64,000 nt of DNA from Asterias rubens (lineage: Eukaryota): the NCBI RefSeq assembly GCF_902459465.1, contig NC_047068.1, positions 4,774,001-4,838,000 of the forward strand, in the 5' to 3' direction. Positions 1 to 12,600 of this stretch are shown in pieces. Under the pieces are notes generated by a model that had not been told where the DNA came from, ran no database searches, and was given only the letters and a program-made list of their open reading frames with translations. Numbering within the stretch: position 1 is the stretch's first letter; each line of letters starts with the position of its first letter. The position numbers and the translations under genes are program-made.

Positions 1-1265
1 CAACTGAGCCCAAATTTTCACAGGCTTGTTATTTTATGGTTATGTTGGAATACACCAAGGGATAAGACTGGTCTTTGACAATTACCAAACATGTACCTTC
101 CCTTTAATTGAGGTTCAATTATTGCACATAGGAATCGGGCAACTTGGTTCCCTATTTTTCACCTTTGTTGACCTTGGTTTGCAGTGAATTCAGCCCTGAT
201 GGACTTGGTTGACTATATCTAAAACAGAAAATGTCATCCTATGGATCCTGTTTTTGCGCCGTCTGATGAGTTATACAACAAATTACATTTTTTTATTAAC
301 AAATTATTAGAATATTCAACCAAAGATTTTAATTTCACATGACTTGTAAAGATTGGCAAAGCAGGAGCTGTGTGCAAGGAATTGTGCAATGTCTTGAAAC
401 GAAACAATATCTCTTTTCTGCAGAAAATGTACATTTGTAACTCTTGTGTCATACCCATGCATTAATATGATGCTAAGACCTGCACTCTAACCCTAAGTAA
501 CCACTTATGTCTGGTTTATCTCAGCATAGTAAAGCCACACATGGCATTACGACAATAACAAAAACTTGGCAAGGACAAATTGTCATTTGTTACTTTTAAT
601 CATGTAGATCAAGTGTTAACATGTTAGATATATGAGCCAAACCTTTTAACTTGTTTGACATTTTAGGCTGAAAGGAACAATATCAAAGCTGTTTAGTTTA
701 GTGTTATCTTGTGCACACAGCCAGCCTGATTGGTCTAGTCTCTCAGTTACAAATTGCCCTATAACAAATTTAAACTTAAAATGTACCTCTCCAACAAATC
801 TTTGAAATTTACTTATGGGACAAAATATTGATCCATCTAATTATTTCCCTTAGTATTCCACTTGTTGAATTCCATAAATAATGTTGAATTTAAACACAAT
901 GAAAGGAAACACACCCTTACTTTAATATCTAGGTAAGCATAATGACTGTCTGCAAGTGCAGTACTCATTATTAATTTGGCTAATTCTAAGATCAAATGTC
1001 AGAATTCATAATGAAACTGTTGCAGATGTGCAGAAACTTCAAGTTTAACTTGAATGTGTATTTCACCTAGAATTCAAACATTTGAATGGTTTTTACATTG
1101 TGTAGATTGTAATGAAGTTGTAAATGAATTCATGCTTGCTGTCTAATTTAATTTTGACAGATATATTAACATATTTGCGATTGTTAATTATTGTTTTGCA
1201 AAGAAAATATTTAGTCCATAATTTGAAAGTTTGTTTGTGTATAGAAGATTGCTGATGTTCATTAA

Positions 1266-1633
1266 AGGGTCTATGTACTTTTTTGGGACAAAAAACACAA
1301 TGTCCACAGATTTACATTAAACTTGCAGTTTGAAGATAATGATAGTGGAAAGCTACCCTGAAAATATTTCTTGCTGAGGTGCTGTAGTTTTTGAGAAATG
1401 AGTAAAACAATGTCTTGAAAATAATTTTCGTCTCACTGATCATGAGACGAAAATTATTTTAGCATGTAAAAACGTATTTTCATGACATTGTATTACTCAT
1501 TTCTCAAAAACTACAGCACCTCAGAATCTAAAATTTTCAGGGAAGCTTTCTACTATCATTATCTTCAAACATTGTAAGTTTAATGTAAATCTGTGGACAT
1601 AATGTTTTGTGTTACAAAAACTACCCAAATCCT
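1266..1633. mobile_element. Non-autonomous TTAA-flanked DNA transposon (Kolobok-like MITE)
   Basis: TTAA at 1262-1265 and 1634-1637. Termini AGG...CCT, internally near-palindromic, no ORF. Confidence 0.6.
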
Positions 1634-2108
1634 TTAACATAAAGACAACATGAACAATTTACATGTTAAATTACTCTCTAAAGAAATGTTGTGTTTTGAT
1701 CTGCAAAAATAAACTAGAAAAACTTACATGTAGTTTGGTACAAATTTTTCATACAATAAAATGTTAGAAGACTTTGGTTACAACCATAGTTTTAAAAAAC
1801 CGAGGATGGCAGGGAAAATAGTCTAACCTCTATCTGATGAGAAAATGTAGCACTATATGAAGGTATATGACATACAGCTAAGCAACAAAAAAACAGATAG
1901 CCAAAAGTTGAATTTGTTGGAAACAAAGCAACCAATCATGGGCTGTATTTTCATTTTAAAAATTTTTGCAGAAATGTTAAATTTTTTCAAATTATCTGTT
2001 AAAACACGGTCGAAAGTTTGTTGATCACAGTTTGTTTATCAACTGTAGAAAGGTCGATAGATTAGAAATTCGAAGTAAATATATGAACACCGAAACAGTC
2101 ACCGTTAA

Positions 2109-2448
2109 AGGCAGTGGACACTATTGGTAATTACTCAAAATAATTATTGGCATAAAACCTTACTTGGTAACAAGTAATGGGGAGAGGTTGATGGTATAAA
2201 ACATTGTGAGAAACAGCTCCCTCTGAAGTGACCTAGTTTTGGAGAAAGAAGTAATTTTCAACGAATTTGATTTCAAGACCTCAAGTTTAGAACTTGAGGT
2301 CTCGAAATCAAGCATCTGAACGCACACAACTTCGTGTGACAAGGGTGTTTTTTTTTCTTTCATAGTTATCTCGCAACTCCGACGACCGATCGAGCTCAAA
2401 TTTGAACAGGTTTGTTATTTTATGCATATGTTGAGATACACCAAGTGA
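2109..2448. mobile_element. Kolobok-like MITE, truncated at one end
   Basis: Starts TTAA|AGGCAGTGGACACTATTGGTAATT. Related segments occur at 1-87, ~51270-51615 and 58947-59293. Confidence 0.55.
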
Positions 2449-2585
2449 TCCATAGAAACGTTACAGGCACCAGACTATTTGCAAAATTCACATGGCAAAG
2501 TAGTATCTCTTGCGGTTTTTAGCTGTTTTTTAAATTCTCATTCTTACTAGAAATTTTAACAACAGTAACAGAGTATAACTTCAGA

Positions 2586-5500
2586 ATGCCTCGATCAAAG
2601 AGACACAAGAAGGTGAAGGCTATTGACCCATACTGCACCGGCAACAGAAGGGCATTATTTTTGGCGTAAGTATACTCGTACTGCATGCTGCTGACCTGTG
2701 TGTGTACACATGTAGCTGTGCTGTAGATATAGCACATGCTGCAGTGTGTGCTGTGTGTAGTTTGTGTTGTAACAATCCACGGAGATCCATGGTTGTTTTC
2801 CTCCACGCATAATGGAGGTGGAGGAATGGTTGTAACTTGTATAAATTGTATCATTGTGTCATGATGATGTGACTTATGCTTGTGCAGACTTTTTAAAATC
2901 CGATCCTTCCCAACAAACGTTTCTAATTATTCTAAATCTAATTCTAATCTTTGGTTGGTCCAAAACAAAAACCGCTAGACCCAGTAACATTGGCGCTGTA
3001 CTCTAGTTCGACCGAGAATGTAAAAATTTTGACAAACTAGTTCGACCGAGAATGTCAAAATTTCGAAAAAAGGAGTACAGCGCCCCAGTTACTGGGTCTA
3101 AAGAATAGCGTAGTTTTGGAAAAAGATTCCGTACGGCGCCAGCACTTTTTCATTAGATATGAAATAATATATCTAATTTACCTCAATGAGATATCCCTTT
3201 TTGTAAAAATCTGTGAAAAAGTGGTGGCGTGATATGGAAAGTTATCCTAGTTTGTATGGAATGTTTATTGTAATAATATTTTACATATTTTATATTAGTT
3301 AAATAAGTTGCCTGCAGTGAACCCTGACCTGACTCCTCGGCGAAATACTGATGCAGTGACTCGGTACTACTACAATACAATTAGTAAATTACACCTCATT
3401 AATACAATGGAGACTGGTGGTAGTCTAGTAGTTGCGATAACGTAACTCTCCTGCCGTCGGCGAAGCTCCCTGCGGCTTTGCCGTTGGCAGAAGGGTAGCC
3501 CACCTTGTTGAGCTGTTAATGGCTCCGCTTTTAACATCAGTCTCATCACTCTGATGAGACCGATGTTAAAAGCGGAGCCATTAACAGCTCAACAAGGTGG
3601 GCTAGCAGAAGGGTTACGTTATTGAAACTAGTACAGTTACTGTAGTAGTGGGGTCCAGTACTACTCTACAGACGTTAACTCCTGAGTGTGTGGAGGGGTG
3701 GGGGCTGTTACAAGTTTTACAACCTATAGTGAGCTTGTTATTAGGGGCGTCATGGAATGTCATGTTAGGGGTTACCTTCTCACTTCAGTCAGTTACATGG
3801 GGTGAATTGGCGCTACCATTTTTTCAATTGATATGAAATAATATAGTATCTAATTTACCTCAATGAGATATCCCTTTTTGAAAAAATGAGTGAAAAAGTG
3901 GTGGCGTGATACGGAAAAAGATCCAAAATGACCAGTATTCTTTTAAAAGGAGCTTGCGACAAAATTTTAGGAAACTCCAGAAATCTTTTATTCTATTAAT
4001 TATTAGAATTAGATATTGTGCAAAATATAATACAACATGAAGTGCTATAAATTTGAAAATGCAACATCCTGCCACTTGTTCACTTGTGTAATGACCAACA
4101 AGAACACACCTTGCTGGGTGAACAACAAACGTTTACTTCATCAACATGACCAAGGCAACGAAGGCGATTGCCTCCATGCCCCCTGGTGCCCTTGAAATGC
4201 TACAGTAGAAATTTACAATTTCCTCATAAGGTGCCCTTTACCAGGGAGAAAATGCTTTGGTGCCCTTGCCCTTGCACAAACAAAGCATAGTACAGGCCTG
4301 GAACAAAATACTGTAGTGTTTTTTTGTCAGGTGTTGAAAATTTTTCCTGCAATTTTGGTAACCGTTTCAGGTTTTGAACACAGTTGAGTCTGAGTCCAAG
4401 CTCTCATTGTAAAGATTGATTTGGGTCAAGCTCAAGTCAGGAGTCACAATAATGTTCAGTTTGAGTGTCGGTCACAAATTCTTCAATAAAATAGAATCTA
4501 AACCTGGAAAAGAAGCTTTTATGGCTCATCAATTGTTACCAAGTTATGCAAACAAATGATCAATCATTAATCAACTCTTATAGGAGCTTATTTCACGCGA
4601 AAAAGGTAGTTACATACATTATCATCTATTTCTGGATAGACTGCACTGAGGCCAACAAGCTACCTGCAGCTCTAAAAAAAAAAGCATTGATTCATGTCAC
4701 CCTGCATGCTCAGTAAAACTTTCATCATTCTTTGTTTTTAAATCTGACAGGCAGGACAAGAAATTTAACAATGCCCCAAAGAATACAAATGAACAAGAGA
4801 TGCCAAGGAGTTTTAAAGATATGCTTGAGGCACAACAGATTGTAGAAGAAGCTATGAAACAAAAACAAAGTAAGTTACTATTGTAGAACAAACTTTAACA
4901 ATTCTTGACTGGGTCAGCCTCCAAAGCTGCAAAGGATATGTGCACCTCTAATCTTAAGCAGTCACGCTTGGTTATTATTAGCAGTCACGCTTGGTTATTA
5001 TTAGCAGTCACGCTTGGTTATTATAAGCAGTCACGCTCGGTTATTATAAGTAGCCAGTTGGATATCCAGTCAAACAAAAGAATTGAATGAACCATTTATT
5101 GTTTACATAAACCTAGCAGAAATATTGATGTAATGATTAAACAAAATTGTGATTTTATTTTTCAATTCTTTTGTTGCTTACAATTGTTTAGAAATTGTTC
5201 AGAAAGTTGGAAGCCTTGAGAGAAATGCAGGAGAATCACATAATCTCTACATGAAGCGTGTAGGTAAAAATGCACATAGGAAACTGGCGCAGGAAAGATG
5301 TAAGAGAGAGAGGGATAATCCTGAACCTGCAAAGCTTAAGAAAGAAATGTCACAGAAGAAAAAAGAGTAAGTCATGTTTAAATTAAGAATAACAACTAGT
5401 TCCTATAAAAGCAATTTACTTTTAGGAAACAAAGAGTGGTGACAAGTTTTTAATCAGCGGAAACATGGTAGTAGGGCTAGATAGCTCATTTTGGGAGCAT

Positions 5501-7574
5501 GCCAGCATGTAGATCCGGAGGTCGTTGGTTCAATCCTGCTTTAGTCAATTTTATTTGTTCAACCCCAAATTGTTTAAGACTGATTCAGCATTGTATTGTT
5601 CTCATTCCTCAAATCCTTTCTGTTAAAAACATCAAAAAACTTTTAACAGTTAAGAACAAATCTGACCATTTAGATTTTAGCATCAGTTTGACTCGACTCT
5701 ATGTATAATTTTTATCCATGTTGAGCGCCAAGTTAAGTTTTAACCTATTGTACCCAAGTTTGTAAAGTTGCGTTAGCCAGATACGCATCCTACAAAAATT
5801 TAAAATCCTGTGAAATTTGCGCTGATCTGTACAATCATCTGATAGCACCCTCTTTTGACTTAACTTCCTCAGTCCTTGTTTAATTACTCCTCATCGTGTT
5901 TATATTGTAGGTTTAAAAATGGTAATTTTATTTTATTTTTTACCAGTAAGCCCTTTTTGCATTCCTATAATCTTTCTTAGCTCTCTTGGAGAATGCAGCC
6001 CCGGGCTGCTCTAGTACTCCAAAAGTTTGTTGTGACACAATATCAATCTCTACTCTTGCAGGTACTCATGTATACCTCTGGGTAAAAATAAGCACTTATA
6101 GTAAAACATCTTGCTGAAGAATACAAGTGACATTACAAGATCTCAAACCCCAACCCCTACGACTAAGTCACAAGATATTGAGTCCGGTGCACTAGATCGC
6201 TGCAAGACACAGCTTTTAAATAAGAGAATCATAGTGTGGTGAAGAGGTTTTCAACTAGTGGTTTAATCCCAATGAGGCCTGGTTCTTGATAATTTTACCG
6301 AGACGAAGTCGAGGTAAATTATCAAGAACCAGGCCTTGGCGGGTTTTAACCACTAGTTGAAAACCGATTGAACACACTTTGATTCCCATTCATAAATACC
6401 TTTTCGGTCAAAAACTCAGTGGCACAACTGTTTCAGCCGTTGCTCTCAACCAATAGGATAGAAGAAACTGTCTTAGGCGCAGGTGGTGCAAGCTCGGGTG
6501 TCACGCCCATGTTCCAACACTTTTTACTGGTGATAAACAAAGGTTTATACACACCCACGTGACGCGCTCTCCACCATTAGGAGTAGAGAAATTGTCAGGT
6601 GTATTTATGAATGATAAATAACACTGTACATGGTGACCCTGCTGAATTTAACCATACTCCAAGTAAGGAAACAAACCTCACAACAACTCTTCTGTTGACT
6701 CTTATATAGTATTGTACTATTGTGTTTTCTTAATTCAGGAGGATTGCAATTCTTCAACAGAGACTTAAGGGAAAACAGTTTGAGAAAACGTTAGAATCAA
6801 GTGAAAAAGATTTCTACAAAGGTATGATGTTGCTCATGTATACAATTTCTGTTCAAATTTCAAATGATTCTGGGTAATTAATGAAGTACAATATGATGAA
6901 GATTTATTAACAAAAATTATAGAAAATGTAGTTAACCTGTGTAAATAGATTTCATTGCTTCTACTTATTTTGTTGTAGATCATGTTAAGTTTGGGGAAGT
7001 TGTTTCAGCCCCGCCAATCTTCACAGCCAAACCTAGGAAAAGCAGTGACAAAGTAGACAAAGTAAGTAAATAGTCACATTCATTTCAAAAACATTTTCCT
7101 GAAATTTTCTGTTTTCTAAAGATTTTAATAACACATTATGTTGAAATTTCATTCAAAATGTGCACATATATTTTGTTGCTTTTATGTTTTTTAAAGAAAG
7201 TCACCTGCAATGTAGAAAGCCACTTGCACCTACACTATTATAAATAACCACCAAGCAATTAGCATACAGGAGCAAGTTTCTTATTTCTTTCTTTTCACAA
7301 ATCACAGCCCGGCCGGAGAGATCTTCTTCTGAAATCTGTTCTGAATCAAACGAATACTTCCCAAGACCATGAAGATAAAATCAAGATGTCTAACAGGACA
7401 CAGAAGAGGACACAAGAAAGTGGAAAGATCAAAAAGAGGAAACACATGACAATTGCAGAAAAGAGAAACTTTGATCGATCAAGACAGGCTGCTATTTTGG
7501 CTTATCGAAATGCTAAAGGACATGCACAAGATGGCACTAAGGTTATAAGAACTAACATCATGGAGTCATCATGA
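2586..7574 (+). CDS. CCDC137: Coiled-coil domain-containing protein 137, 6 coding exons, 268 aa
   Basis: join(2586-2665,4751-4869,5192-5366,6739-6821,6979-7061,7308-7574). All introns are GT-AG and phases agree (807 nt). Motifs NAPKNTNEQEMP, DHVKFGEVVSAPPIFTAKP and PGRRDLLLKSVL resemble vertebrate CCDC137. Confidence 0.85.
3429..3630. mobile_element. MITE containing a nested 109-bp hairpin element (3496-3604)
   Basis: Outer TIR TAGTTGCGATAACGTAAC / GTTACGTTATTGAAACTA. Inner 53-bp arms have one mismatch and a 3-nt loop, with TA at both ends. The same outer end recurs near 11737. Confidence 0.7.
4957..5048. repeat. 23-bp tandem repeat, 4 copies
   Basis: Unit AGCAGTCACGCTTGGTTATTATT in CCDC137 intron 2. 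Confidence 0.9.
5474..5640 (+). mobile_element. Decayed tRNA-derived SINE
   Basis: A-box-like TAGCTCATTTTGGGAGC and B-box-like GGTTCAATCC, followed by a non-tRNA body. No cloverleaf. Confidence 0.55.
5990..6205 (-). mobile_element. Decayed tRNA-derived SINE with a Nin/Deu-like central domain
   Basis: Minus strand reads GATCTAGTGCACCGGACTC ... TTCAGCAAGATGTTTTAC ... ACCCAGAGGTATACATGAGTACC, resembling a conserved SINE core from memory. Confidence 0.45.
6246..6365. mobile_element. Palindromic MITE
   Basis: Arms GGTTTTCAACTAGTGGTT...AGGCCTGGTTCTTGATAATTT pair with AAATTATCAAGAACCAGGCCT...AACCACTAGTTGAAAACC. Confidence 0.7.
6388..6612. mobile_element. MITE with ATTCATAAATA termini
   Basis: TIR ATTCATAAATAC / GTATTTATGAAT. 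A longer copy lies at 57680-58053 and partial copies near 18371 and 18851. Confidence 0.65.
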
Positions 7575-8974
7575 GAATAAGAGGTCTAGTGTGATTTGAA
7601 ATTGGACAACAAAATATGAATGAAACATTACATTGTATAAAAACTCATGATCAGTTCAAATGATCATTTGGACTGTTATAAGACAAGCATGGCAAACCTC
7701 ACATGTACACATCTATTGCCACTCGAACAGGTGACAACAGGTAAAAGAAAACCATTGGAGACTTGACCCAAGTAGTTAGGTTAGCTATATAGACGATGTG
7801 ACCTATGTTTACATTAAAACCGCCCTCTGTTGACAAACCACTGTACACGACATGTTTCGCCTGGCAAAAAGACGCGTAGTCATGGTATGATTGCGTGTGA
7901 CTTTCTAGCTGGCTGCCAAAACACAAAGGATTTTCCCGGCTGTATGCGCACGAATCATGCTATGGTTTTCGAGTGATATCAGAGGTCACATCGTCTATAG
8001 TACTAGTCGCCCATACAATGCAGAACTACAACAGATCATGTAATACTCAATAAATAAAGACGTTGTATTTATCTGTTAATACGAGAACACTGAGCATCGA
8101 CACAATTTTATTCAGCAAATATTTGGTTGTAGCATTATTGGTAATGGTCATTGATCGATTCTTTATCTGGAGAGGGTATGTTTCAGAAGGTAAAACTGGC
8201 ATAAACACAATGGGAGAGGGAGATAAAGTATGTTATGGATGTGAGAGGGAGGACTGTGGCTAAGGAGGGACTTGTTACATTATAAGAGTTGTTTACTAAA
8301 ATGGCATTCGTTGCCTATTTCACTTTTTAGGCCACAAGTTGCCCATCTTGCTTGGAAATTGCTCTAAGATCAAACGTAACAACTAAAAATAGGAAAGTTT
8401 AATAAAAATGTCACTCTTTTGAAACTATTTTATATTGTAGAGTAAATTTCTTTTAATGGTGTGTACTCAAGATTAAGTTGAAAGGAATAGACCGATAAGC
8501 CCCGCACCATTACATATTGACTAATTACAACCCATTGTGCAATCAAAAGTCCAACAAATTAAGGTCCGACATGCGTGCCTGTATGCTTGGCGCGTGCGGC
8601 AGAGTTGTGCAGAATGGCATTGGAGAGGCGCACATGTTCTTGCTCACACGTGCGCCTTGGGCAGAGTCAATGGATCGTTCAATTGTAAGGGCATGCCTTT
8701 GCAACCTTGTCCCAGGGGTGATCGCTCTCGTCGCGCCATTTTTTCCCAGCATGCCTTACTCGATCATAACCCCTGGAAGTGTGGCTTTAAAATATCCAAA
8801 TATATTGGGTATTACAATTAGTCCTGTGGTTCTGTTCTGTGTTGGGCGTTAGTCGCGCACACGCAGGATGTGCTGTGCGTAATAAAATTTGTAAACTTGC
8901 CTTGGCGTTCAGGTTGCCTGACAAAACAAGTGAATACAGACATCTTTATACGCATACGCAGATATCGAATTATA

Positions 8975-9238
8975 ATAACTAGATCGGCCGCGCGTGCATA
9001 CGCGCCATTGCTTGTGTAGAACAAGTTTTGGTTCGCCATGGATGCGGTAAAAATTTCACGTTTGAAATGTTACGTGCGAAAATGAACACGGGAGATAGGC
9101 CTTTGACGCGCTAAATGTCACGTGCTGACGGCAAAAAGTCATGTGCTGACGGCAACGCACAGAAAATGTACACAGGAGAGAGGCAATGGCGGCCCCCATG
9201 CCAGAACCCGCGTATGTACGCGCGGCCGGTCTAGTTAT
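8975..9238. mobile_element. GC-rich MITE
   Basis: TIR ATAACTAGATCGGCCGCGCGTGCATACGCG / CGCGTATGTACGCGCGGCCGGTCTAGTTAT. Confidence 0.6.
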
Positions 9239-9397
9239 TTTATTCTATATCTATGTTAGAGACGTACGCAGAGCTAGCAGGTGATCCGGCGTGCTGCCCA
9301 TGGTAGCGAGGTTGATGCCTTTGTGACCAGAGCCAAGTGTTTTTGTAAAAATAATGTATATAATTCGAAAATAGAAGGCAAAGTATAAGTGTCAAGA

Positions 9398-9555
9398 GAG
9401 GGCGCTGTTTGAATCGCTGCTGCCAAAACTTCCCTGCAGCTGCTTGTGTCCACAGAGGGCGCTGTTTGAATTGCTTTCAAAACTAACTTCCCTGCAGCTG
9501 TTTGTGTCCACAGAGGGCGCTGTTTGAATTGCTGTCAAAACTTCCCTACAGCTGC
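9398..9555. repeat. ~57-bp tandem triplication upstream of the TMEM104 start codon, with CTCF-like cores
   Basis: GAGGGCGCTGTTTGAAT at 9398, 9455 and 9513. Confidence 0.75.
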
Positions 9556-9670
9556 ACATATCAGCGCACATCAGCTTGTCACGAGAGTGTGGAAAACATT
9601 TATTTTGTAATTAATTGTGTGATTGTGAAAGTATTGTCAATATTGGTCTTATTGGACCTCTATTAAGAAA

Positions 9671-12600
9671 ATGCCTGGAGGAGGATTAACTGAAACAGGT
9701 GAACTGTACTCCCCGTTGGTAAGTAAAATCATAGATAGAGGTGAACACGATAGGAATTTTGCTGAGTGAGTGAATGGACTTAGAAACTTTGACTGGCTTG
9801 ACTGGTGGTGGCAAGCCCTTGCACTTCCCTTTCCACTTCACATGTTCATTTGGGACATCAACTTTCCTTGCATCAACCATGCATCAAAAATTCAAGCATT
9901 TCCTTCCCTTGGCTAAAGTGGTGTGGAAATTGTTACATTTATCACTCAAAACACCATTGAGGAAATAGTGGATTAGTGTGAAGAAAAATGACAAAAAACT
10001 TACCGGATCCTTGAGCTAACGAAAGAGTAAAAAATGTCCCAGGTTGAAAATTTGTATATCATAATCAAGTGAGCCTCTAGCAAAATCATAAATACATATG
10101 TATGGACATGTTTGAATGTGCATGTATCGTAGCGTCATACGATATCGACCCTCATATGTTTTCAAACCCCGCGAGATTGTGCAAGCTCCACTGGTGACAG
10201 AAGCTATGCAGTTTACTTACGGTCTGTATTTTCATCAGGCTTAATCATGCTGAGAATAAAGTTTCCTGACGTTGGTTATGCTCAAATATTTATAAAATGA
10301 TTGATTTTTGGTACAAATCACTAGTGCATTATTATGCCAACATTCAAATGAGTCAAAGAAACATCATCTAACCTCAAAAGTTCAAAACAAAATTACTATC
10401 TGCAAGATTGAGTTTCATTCTGTTTTAGTCACTAGATGGATCACGTGAGGTGGTTACTATTTGGGATTCTATGGTGTGCCAATATGAGGAAAAAATTTAA
10501 GTGAATATGACAAAAAAATGTTTTTTGATTAACTGCATACTGCTGTAATAAATTCTGATAGCCTAAGTGTAAAAAATATTACGTCTCCATTAAAGAGAAT
10601 ATATCATAGATTGGTTTCTGATCTCCTGAAACCAAACATTACTGGTCTAAAATGGGGGAAAACGGATTGTTATGAAGTGTGTGTGTTTTAAGGGGGTGGG
10701 GTGTTTTACTACCATGCCTTATGATATCTCTCGATTCTAATATAGTAGCCATAATGCCGTGGGACAAAAATGTAATTAAATTTGTTAAGGTTTAATTGAA
10801 TAATATTTTTGATAGTTCCAAAAATGTCTTTTAATAAGTCCCAGAATCTTATATTTGAACGTTTTTTTGTGTGATGTGTTTTTCCCTATACATGTACGTA
10901 AGTAAGATAATCATGTGAAAGATCAATGCACAAGTAAGGATGATGTTGTACTTCCTGAAGCACAGAATCTCACATTGGTAGCCCTACTTTCTCTTTGATT
11001 TATGAGGTTCGGAGACAATAGCGAAACGAACCTTATAGTTCTTGGATATGATGATGAGATTGTCTGCAAATAAGAGGCAGACATCAATCCATTTGTGAGT
11101 GGGTCTGATCTGATGTTAATAAACGCTGATGATGTGTACTACTTCAACAGCTTTGCTGAAGTCCATTATATTTATAACTAGAAATATAGGATGCCGGCCA
11201 CTTCGTACCTTTGCCAACTGGGTCATTCCGTGTCAAATCACCCCCCAAAAAAGAAAATTTTAAACCCTACCCTCTTCAAATTGGCTCAAATTGGTGTATG
11301 GGGTGATTGTGGCTCAACAAGCTCAAATTTCAAATTTCAGCTCTATCCGATAAACGGTTTTCACGCTACGGCATGCTCTTTCTTGTTGATTTCGGTCAAA
11401 ATGCGCCTGACTGCCGATATTCAAACGACCACAAATTGGTAACCATTGGTTCAAAATTTGTGTCTTTGGAGAGGAAATTGCATAAGCTTTCCAAATCTGC
11501 CATTACTTTTTTTGTTGGAAGATATTTAGGTTTATTAACCTTTGACCTTTACTTTGACCTTGGATTTGACCTTGTGGATCATCTGAAGATGAACTTTGGT
11601 GAAAATTTACCCCAATATGTCTTCTCCACAATATAACAAAATTAGAGATATTCAGGCCTGATACTTCACGGAGGCAACGGAGGCGATTGCCTCCGTTGCC
11701 CCTTGCCACTGCCTTGGTTCCTAGTACTAGTGCTAGTAGTTGCGATAACGTAACTTTTATCTCCGGAGTCCCTCAGGGAACTGTTTTAGGGCCACTGTTG
11801 TTCTTGAATAAACATAAAAGACCTCCCAGAGTGACATCAAGTGTCAGATTATTTGCAGACGATCTCATCATATCCAAGAACTAAGGTTCGTTTCGCTATT
11901 GTCTCAGAGACGATAGCAGAATGAACCTCATAAATCTAAGAGAAATGCTCCAGTAGAAATTTACAATTTCCTCATAGGGTGCCCTTTGCGAAAAGAGAAA
12001 ATGCCTTGGTGCCCTATGCCCTTTGCAAAAACGAAGCGTACACCCCTGGATATAATATTTTACCTGGTCTACAAAGAGCTAAAAATAATAGCTCCCCTGG
12101 CCTAGCCCAGGTTGGACTTGTGCGTGGCATAGAATTTGTCCTACCAATGGGGCTATCCCTGAACCTGTGAACGGGGCAATGAAGAAATGTTTCTAGAATA
12201 AAGAGAAGTACCCAGTTACTTACGGTCTACCCATTCCTAGCCTACCTCCATGTATTAGTTCAATTAGCCTGTCTACATACCATGAGGAGTCCAACCTGGG
12301 CCAAGTATGCAAACTCTTTTAATTTGAGTGAAATAAGAAAAATGCATCACTCGGTCAATAATTAGAGCAAAATTTGTTTGCCTAATTTTCCTACACTTTC
12401 TTCAGGATACACGACACCCTCCCCGCCCAACTGTAAGGCAGGTTGATTCGACAACTCTGCTGTGCTGTGAAGTTTCAAAAGAATTCTGTTTGATAGAGCT
12501 TACAAGTCAAACATAAATTCTGAAACATCATGTAACATTATTCTGCCACCAGACGTAGCTTAGAAATAAAAAAAAACCAAACAAGTTGAATTTCGGTCAA

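Noticed and set aside
3541-3575. CTGATGAG as a hammerhead core
   Set aside because: It is the centre of a DNA palindrome, with no GAAA box or stem II geometry.
8517-8852. Overlapping ORFs of 69-111 aa in a GC-rich patch
   Set aside because: No recognisable domain or splice pattern; probably a transposon remnant next to the MITE at 8975.
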